A stretch of DNA of 63,077 nucleotides, the filler included, from Collodictyon triciliatum (lineage: Eukaryota): the NCBI GenBank assembly GCA_043381765.1. It is 7 parts of 7 records of this genome, joined end to end, with 100 filler letters (N's around TTAATTAATTAA, not from the genome) between each part and the next. Parts side by side here need not be neighbours in the genome. Positions count along the whole stretch, not along the records: positions 54,181 to 59,121 come from JBHJMP010002635.1; positions 59,222 to 63,077 come from JBHJMP010002645.1; 5 more parts are not named here. One strand, 5' to 3'. The translations under genes and the position numbers were made by a program. Below the pieces are notes generated by a model, which ran no database searches, was not told the origin of the DNA, and saw nothing but the letters and a program-made list of their open reading frames with translations. Shown here in pieces: positions 57,401 through 63,077 of the stretch (positions are counted from its first letter, which is position 1; each line of letters opens with the position of its first letter).

Positions 57401-58855
57401 ATCAGTAAACCCCATTCATTTAGCAAAAATCTCTTGTATTTCCCTCTTTGGGATTGACCTGAAGGGATAAATGTATCTTGTATGCCTTTATTTGAACATT
57501 ATCATTTCTATTTTGCTTTGATTGAAATGGGCCATGCATATATGAACGTACTTATCCTCTTGTAGATATTCTGCTACAAGCGCATATTTCGAGATATTCC
57601 CTGGAATCATTTTCTCTTACATCAGACTCAGCATATGTGACTCAGAACGCCGCAAGGTATTGACACATACATATTCTTCATCGTCCGTAAAGCCAACATC
57701 TCCACTATCCTGCACAAAATTGAAAGGAAGAATAAAAAAAAAAATTCTTCATCGTCCGTGCACTTCCCGTATCAAACCTTTAACGGGAGTTTTTTACACT
57801 TCTTGGGGAAAAAAATAGACTTTTTCGTGCCATGTTTGAGATTGCCATGAAGAAGGGATGGACATCTGTGGCTGATAAATTCTTGGATTTTTGGTGATTT
57901 CATTTGATATGATGATATCCCATCTTCCATTGTACACATATTACTCTGGTTTAATCACGATGAAAGTTTCATTTACTTTTCTTTTAAATAATAATAAAAC
58001 AGTAAATCTGTTGAAAAACAACTGTGGCCTACCCAACACCCCCTTTGGCAGTTTCCTTATGTCCTCTCTGCGGAGACAGTGAAAAGAATAGAAGAAAAAG
58101 AAGTAAGAGCTTAAGTTGTGCAATCTTCTTAACTCTGATTTGTTAAATCATACTATGCTTCGTGTTCGACCTTCTATAAAACTTTCAAATGAGTGCCCAT
58201 ATAACAAAAATATAAATAGGCGACTGTTGATAGGTTGATGGACATGACAACCGATGAAATATTTTCTATCGGTTAGCTTTTCACACAATCCTTTGATTCA
58301 ATTTTTACTTTCTTTCAATCTTGTGATTTTTAGTATTTATTTTTGTTTTTATTTTTATTTTTATTTTTATTTTTATTTTTATTTTTATTTTTATTTTTAT
58401 TTTTATTTTTATTTTTATTTACTAATACATTTAACTGACTGAATGCTTATTAATTGTCTTGAACACATGGTATGGGCATTATCATAAAATAGTTCGACAT
58501 CCGAGAGTGGCTCCGCTTGTAAAGCAATGTCTTGAGTTTCTTCCAAACCTCGATGTATATATTCAACGAACAATTATCCTTTTTATCTCGATATTTGTCC
58601 TCGTTGAAAGAATCTTCATAGTGCACTCATACTCCAAAATTACAGTTACAAGTGGAATTCCAACCGATCACTAGATCTGTCCTGCGCATTCAGATTGGTC
58701 ATTTTCATTTCGTTCAAAACTTACCTATAAATCTCAATATAGGTGTATTACACGATTTTCCCAACTGCTCTATTAAATTTCCCATTTGAACTGTAATAGA
58801 TATCACGGCAAATTTCAAATGGAATGATAAGGTTCATGGCTCCGTTGAACCTTGG
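54494..58855 (+). CDS. ASCC3: ASCC3/Slh1 Ski2-like helicase, internal fragment (N-terminal cassette to Sec63), truncated by contig ends
   Basis: [89 protein letters not shown]. Confidence 0.9.
56343..56422 (+). mobile_element. Tiny poly(A)-tailed retro-insertion with 17-bp TSD (ASCC3 intron)
   Basis: TSD ATCCTTTACTCAATTTT at 56343-56359 and 56406-56422 flanking AACATCTCCACTATCCTGCACAAAATTGAAAGGAAGAATAAAA. Confidence 0.85.
57673..57759 (+). mobile_element. Same retro-insertion family with 16-bp TSD (ASCC3 intron)
   Basis: TSD ATTCTTCATCGTCCGT at 57673-57688 and 57744-57759; core identical to 56360-56405. Confidence 0.9.
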
Positions 58856-58884
58856 TAAATTTGTCTAAAAACCTCTGACTCATC

Positions 58885-59121
58885 ACCTCATCTCATCTCA
58901 TCTCATCTCATCTCATCTCATCTCATCTCATCTCATCTCATCTCATCTCATTTCATCTCATTTCATCTCATTTCATCTCATTTCATCTCATTTCATCTCA
59001 TTTCATCTCATTTCATCACATTTCATCTCATTTCATCTCATTTCATCTCATTTCATCTCATTTCATCACATTTCATCTCATTTCATCTCATTTCATCTCA
59101 TTTCATCTCATCTCATCTCAT
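58885..59121. repeat. (TCTCA/TTTCA)n microsatellite at contig end
   Basis: Direct. Confidence 0.95.
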
Positions 59122-59254
59122 NNNNNNNNNNNNNNNNNNNNNNNNNNNNNNNNNNNNNNNNNNNNTTAATTAATTAANNNNNNNNNNNNNNNNNNNNNNN
59201 NNNNNNNNNNNNNNNNNNNNNGTTTTTTAGAGGAAGTTTTTTTTTTTTTTTTTT

Positions 59255-61192
59255 TTTGAATTGAAAAACTTGAGTATATTTTTAGCGCTGTTAAAGTTTC
59301 TTCTAAAGAATACACTTTGTTTGCTTTCTGGGCGATTGCATTTTTTACATATGATACATCTATACATCTTTTTTGAATTCCCGTTCAGTTTCATATATTC
59401 CGTTTCCTCTTCGCAGTGGCAGCACATCTTGGAGGTTCTAAATTCATCTACACTAACTGTATCTAACATTTGTATAGTATTTTTCGTAATCCTCTTCCGA
59501 TTGTTCGCATAAAATGGTTCATCAGAGATTTTCTGCTCCAGTCTCCATACACCAGTACAACATCCTTGCCAAATGTCTTTTCGATTCAGTCCATAAACAA
59601 TTGTTCACTTCTTTTTGTATTAACATAGTTTCTCCATCTCATCTTTCGAAAAGTTACGTGTTCATAAAATCTGGATAGTTCTATCTGGTATCTTGATTTC
59701 ATAGATACATGTTTTCGGAATTTTTCATAATCGAACGTGCATGAATTATGCTCACTCATTTCTGTCTCTAATCGATTAAAGATGCTCTTGATGTCTCAAA
59801 CTGCTGATTCTCTTCAAAAGTCAGGGCACCAAAAGAAACAGCACTTTGTAAATCTGTTGCCATTCATATCCCTGAAGGATTGTACTTTTTTTCTCGTGCA
59901 AGAGTATTTTGTGATTTTTAAGAGATTTGTTATCATGTCTTCTTTGGTGTGCCGTGTAACGTAATTTCTTACCTGTCTCATCCACCATGTAAACTAAATT
60001 AAACTTGCCTGCGTCCACTCTGATTTTTTTTTTTTTTTTNNNNNNNNNNNNNNNNNNNNNNNNNNNNNNNNNNNNNNNNNNNNNNNNNNNNNNNNNNNNN
60101 NNNNNNNNNNNNNNNNNNNNNNNNNNNNTTTGCTAATTAAGATAACTGCTCTTCGGAAAGTTCATCTTTTTAAACATTTTTTTAGGTCTTTTGATTATAT
60201 TTGGATTTTGAATTTGAAATACCTTTCTTTCTAAACAATAATAACACTGCCAAGCCGTCTGTTTGTATCATGTATTTAAAATTGTAGACTCTTTGATGAT
60301 AGACCCTCTTCTTCATTTCAAAGAACTTATCCCATAGTGTCTCTCTGCATCGTGATATATTCTTCTTCAGTAATGATGTTTTTCCAGTTGATAATAATAT
60401 ATCTATCAATCATGCAGTATCTAGAGTAATATGACGTGGTATATTGGTAGCTCTTATAGAGATTGGTTGAAACAGTTTGGTTCCAATGTCCTCAAAAATG
60501 CGATTCATGTAAATCAGACATGGCATGGACTTATTTGGATTGACTTTGACGACATATTCGATACCATTTACAATATCGCTGGGAATGATATGATTCAAAT
60601 GGATTCTAGCTCATCCTTTGTATTGTTTCGGTATGTCGAGATTCATGAAGATGGCTTTTTTAACTTTCGTAACTCTGCCTTTTTAATTGCTTCCGTCATA
60701 ATCTCATCTTAAGGAACTGTTTGATTTATAAAGCGCAGTAACCTCTTTACAAAATGTTCCTTAATGTTAATATGATAAACTGTAAGCATTTGCTTTGCCA
60801 AGTACAGTAATGAATGAGACAGTCCAACCAATCGAAAGCGTTCTTCTTGGGATAAAAGGAATCAAAAATCATCGAGATAAAAAGTCATCATGTCTTTTCA
60901 TTTCTATTTTTTTTTAAACTTGTAGGTCTATCTTGTGAAACTATTCCAACTGTCTTTAAATCTTACAAAAAAACATTTCATCGATTGTTGGGAGGTGTTG
61001 TGATTTCAGTATGTAACATCTTACAAACAGATAAGCGTCGGTAACCAAATTATGACACAGTAAAACCGTGTCGTTGATTTTGTAATAGTTAGCCGCATTC
61101 TTTACAATCGACTCTAGAGATGCTTTCACATTTCGATAGAGTGGTTTTACAGACTTTAGACTCTCAGACTCAAGACGTTTTCTTTTCTTCAT
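59255..61192 (-). pseudogene. Fanzor1-type RuvC nuclease, frameshifted, copy 2
   Basis: MKKRKRLESE...; IQTDGLAV; VDAGKFNL; FYEHVTFRKMRWRNY...YGDWS...GRGLRK; VDEFRTSKMCCHC...CKKC; RRNFNSAKNIL (RuvC-III D to N). Confidence 0.92.
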
Positions 61193-61250
61193 CTGAAAGT
61201 CTTTGTATTACTTCTTCCTTTAGAAAATTACCGATTTCTCAATTTAAATA

Positions 61251-61352
61251 AAACATAAGTCAATCAACGATGGCTAGCGAACCAAAGCCAACACACCCCC
61301 TCGGTCCTGCACAAAGTTGAAAGGAAGAATAAAAAAAAACTTTAGTCAATCA
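61251..61352 (+). mobile_element. Older copy of the poly(A) retro-insertion, nested in Fanzor cassette 2
   Basis: Degenerate 16-bp TSD AAACATAAGTCAATCA / AAACTTTAGTCAATCA around ...AAAGCCAACA...TCCTGCACAAAGTTGAAAGGAAGAATAAAA; absent from cassette copy 1. Confidence 0.8.
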
Positions 61353-61389
61353 GTCAATTTAAAAAAAACTGCACAAAATCAATCCATGT

Positions 61390-61584
61390 AAAAGTAAGCA
61401 TCTACCGAGAATTTCATAATGTGTGCATTGTGGCAAACAAACACACAAAGTTTATTTTGTAAGTGATTTGAGACAAAACGCTGAGAGCCGTCGGCGAGTT
61501 CGAAAGGACGGCCGTATAGCCATTGCGACTGAAAGTCATTATATCGGCCCCAAACAACATGATTACTGCCGCAAGTGTGGATAG
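61390..61584 (+). pseudogene. Small CxxC...CxxC zinc-ribbon ORF remnant, copy 2
   Basis: KSKHLPRIS*CVHCGKQTHKVYFVSDLRQNAESRRRVRKDGRIAIATESHYIGPKQHDYCRKCG*; the internal TAA is AAA in copy 1. Confidence 0.55.
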
Positions 61585-61789
61585 TATGCTTTATTTAAAT
61601 GCATGTTTGGTGGCAGGTTTATAGGGTGGGTTCTGTCTGGGCCAAGGCAAGGGCTTGTCTATAATCTTGAATTTTAATGATAATATTGCATAAATGAAAA
61701 TAAAATATAAATTGATTACAGGAATAGAATGCGATTATTCAGTATTTTTAAACCTTATTATATATGTATATACTAATTATACACTTATA

Positions 61790-61969
61790 TTATTCAGGTT
61801 GTTTCTTAGATTCACAAAAGCTCCTGCTTTCATCAATCCAGATTTAATTTGATGGTTGTCTGCGCAATAAACTGCTATATGTGGGTACACATTCGTTGTA
61901 TAAAAAATAATGTGTCTTGAAAGGGATGAAACCAAGTTCGTCACCACCTTTATAATGACGTTTTTCCAT
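61790..61969 (-). pseudogene. 59-aa accessory ORF, copy 2 (one premature stop)
   Basis: MEKRHYKGGDELGFIPFKTHYFLYNECVPTYSSLLRRQPSN*IWIDESRSFCESKKQPE*; TAA at 61844-61846 is AAA in copy 1. Confidence 0.55.
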
Positions 61970-62282
61970 TTACAGGCTGGATGAGACCGAAGAAAAAGGG
62001 AGAAGGAAAAAGAAAGAAAAGAAGGAAAAGAAAAAAAGAAAGACAAAAAAAATAGAAAAGAAAAAGAAAAAAGAAAGAAAAAGAAAGAAAAAGAAAGACA
62101 AAAAATAGAAAAGAAAAAGAAAAAAGAAAGAAAAGAAAGAAAAGAAAGAAAAGAAAGAAAAGAAAGAAAAAGAAAAGAAAAATAAACGGATGAATGAATC
62201 AGACCTACCAATATTGAGCACTATAATCATAATTTCTTGCTACCCGTGTGTCAGCGGCCAGAGCTTGAGGACTATGAACCCC

Positions 62283-62379
<97 letters not shown>

Positions 62380-62958
62380 GTTACAAATAGCTTGCTCCGT
62401 CTAATTAGTAGGTCGTTGTACTCACGGGTCAGTGGTAGCTGGTGTCATGGTCGTGGGTGTGTCTCGGTGCATAACCTGTGCTATAAGGGACGTGGTAAAG
62501 TGACCTTTTCGCTCTCTGCGTTGGCTGCGTCAGCCTTCCGGTTTGCGTATGGTCAGTAGGGCATTCCATGGGGCAGGGCTGTGGTAGACGGTCTCGTCCT
62601 TCTCAGGATCACTCTTTCCGATCGCTTGCTTCCTTGCCTTTTGTTTTTTGTTTTTTCTTCGGCTTCTGAATGTGGCGGGTTGGTAGAATAAAAGAACGCC
62701 AGATTAATAATATTATTTTCTGGAAAATGTGTATCTTTTTCTCTCTCAGTGTGTTTCATTGTTTCTCAGCATAGGAGACTTTTTCTTATTCATGGTGTTT
62801 CTTTTAATTGTTCCTCTCAAGTCGTGACTGTGTCCCAGTGATCACCACATTTATTCGCATTGTGTGGCATAAAATAAAAAGATTTCTGCCCTGGTTTTGA
62901 ACGTTGTGACATGAAACAAACGTACAAGTCTTGCAAATTTATTAATTTTTATTTATTA

Positions 62959-62988
62959 CTAGCCGTGGTACCCGTGCTTCGCACAGGG
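62959..62988 (-). mobile_element. Helitron-like 3' terminus
   Basis: Minus strand reads CCTGTGC-GAA-GCACGGG hairpin, 8-nt spacer, CTAG, then T. Confidence 0.6.
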
Positions 62989-63077
62989 AAAAGAAAAAAA
63001 AGAAAAAAAAGAAAAAGAAAAAAAGAAAAAGAAAAAAAGAAAAAGAAAAAAAGAAAAAGAAAAAAAGAAAAAAAGAA

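Larger units (their letters stand above)
59222..61992 (-). mobile_element. Fanzor1-carrying cassette, copy 2 (3' end lost at contig edge)
   Basis: Homologous and colinear with 13020-15681; internal N gap at 60040-60128. Confidence 0.85.

Noticed and set aside
58855-59255. Fanzor cassette inserted inside ASCC3
   Set aside because: Separated by an artificial spacer; ASCC3 truncation is a contig-end effect.
62390-62640. GC-rich segment, possible TE remnant (similar unexplained segments at 11084-12430, 21691-22420, 50693-51100)
   Set aside because: No recognisable domain, repeat partner or clean exon structure.

Overview
Intron-rich, AT-rich eukaryotic (protist-like, standard genetic code) DNA. 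It consists of seven contigs joined by artificial N-TTAATTAATTAA-N spacers, so adjacency across spacers is not biological. Host genes: a large CH-DUF4062-NACHT-TPR-pentapeptide-WD40 NLR-like protein, dihydroxyacetone/triokinase, an LRR-PP2C phosphatase, a stand-alone voltage-sensor-like 4TM protein, cytosolic LeuRS, a membrane sulfotransferase, DGAT2, an FGase-like hydrolase-domain protein, HYPK and part of ASCC3. The most notable content is two decayed copies, on different contigs, of a ~2.8 kb intronless cassette. It carries a Fanzor1-type RNA-guided RuvC nuclease gene, a structured candidate omegaRNA, an AAAATTGA giant-virus-like promoter motif and two conserved accessory micro-ORFs (a CxxC...CxxC zinc-ribbon and a 59-aa unknown), with no transposase. 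The window also holds tiny TSD-flanked poly(A) retro-insertions, a Helitron 3' end and many microsatellites.
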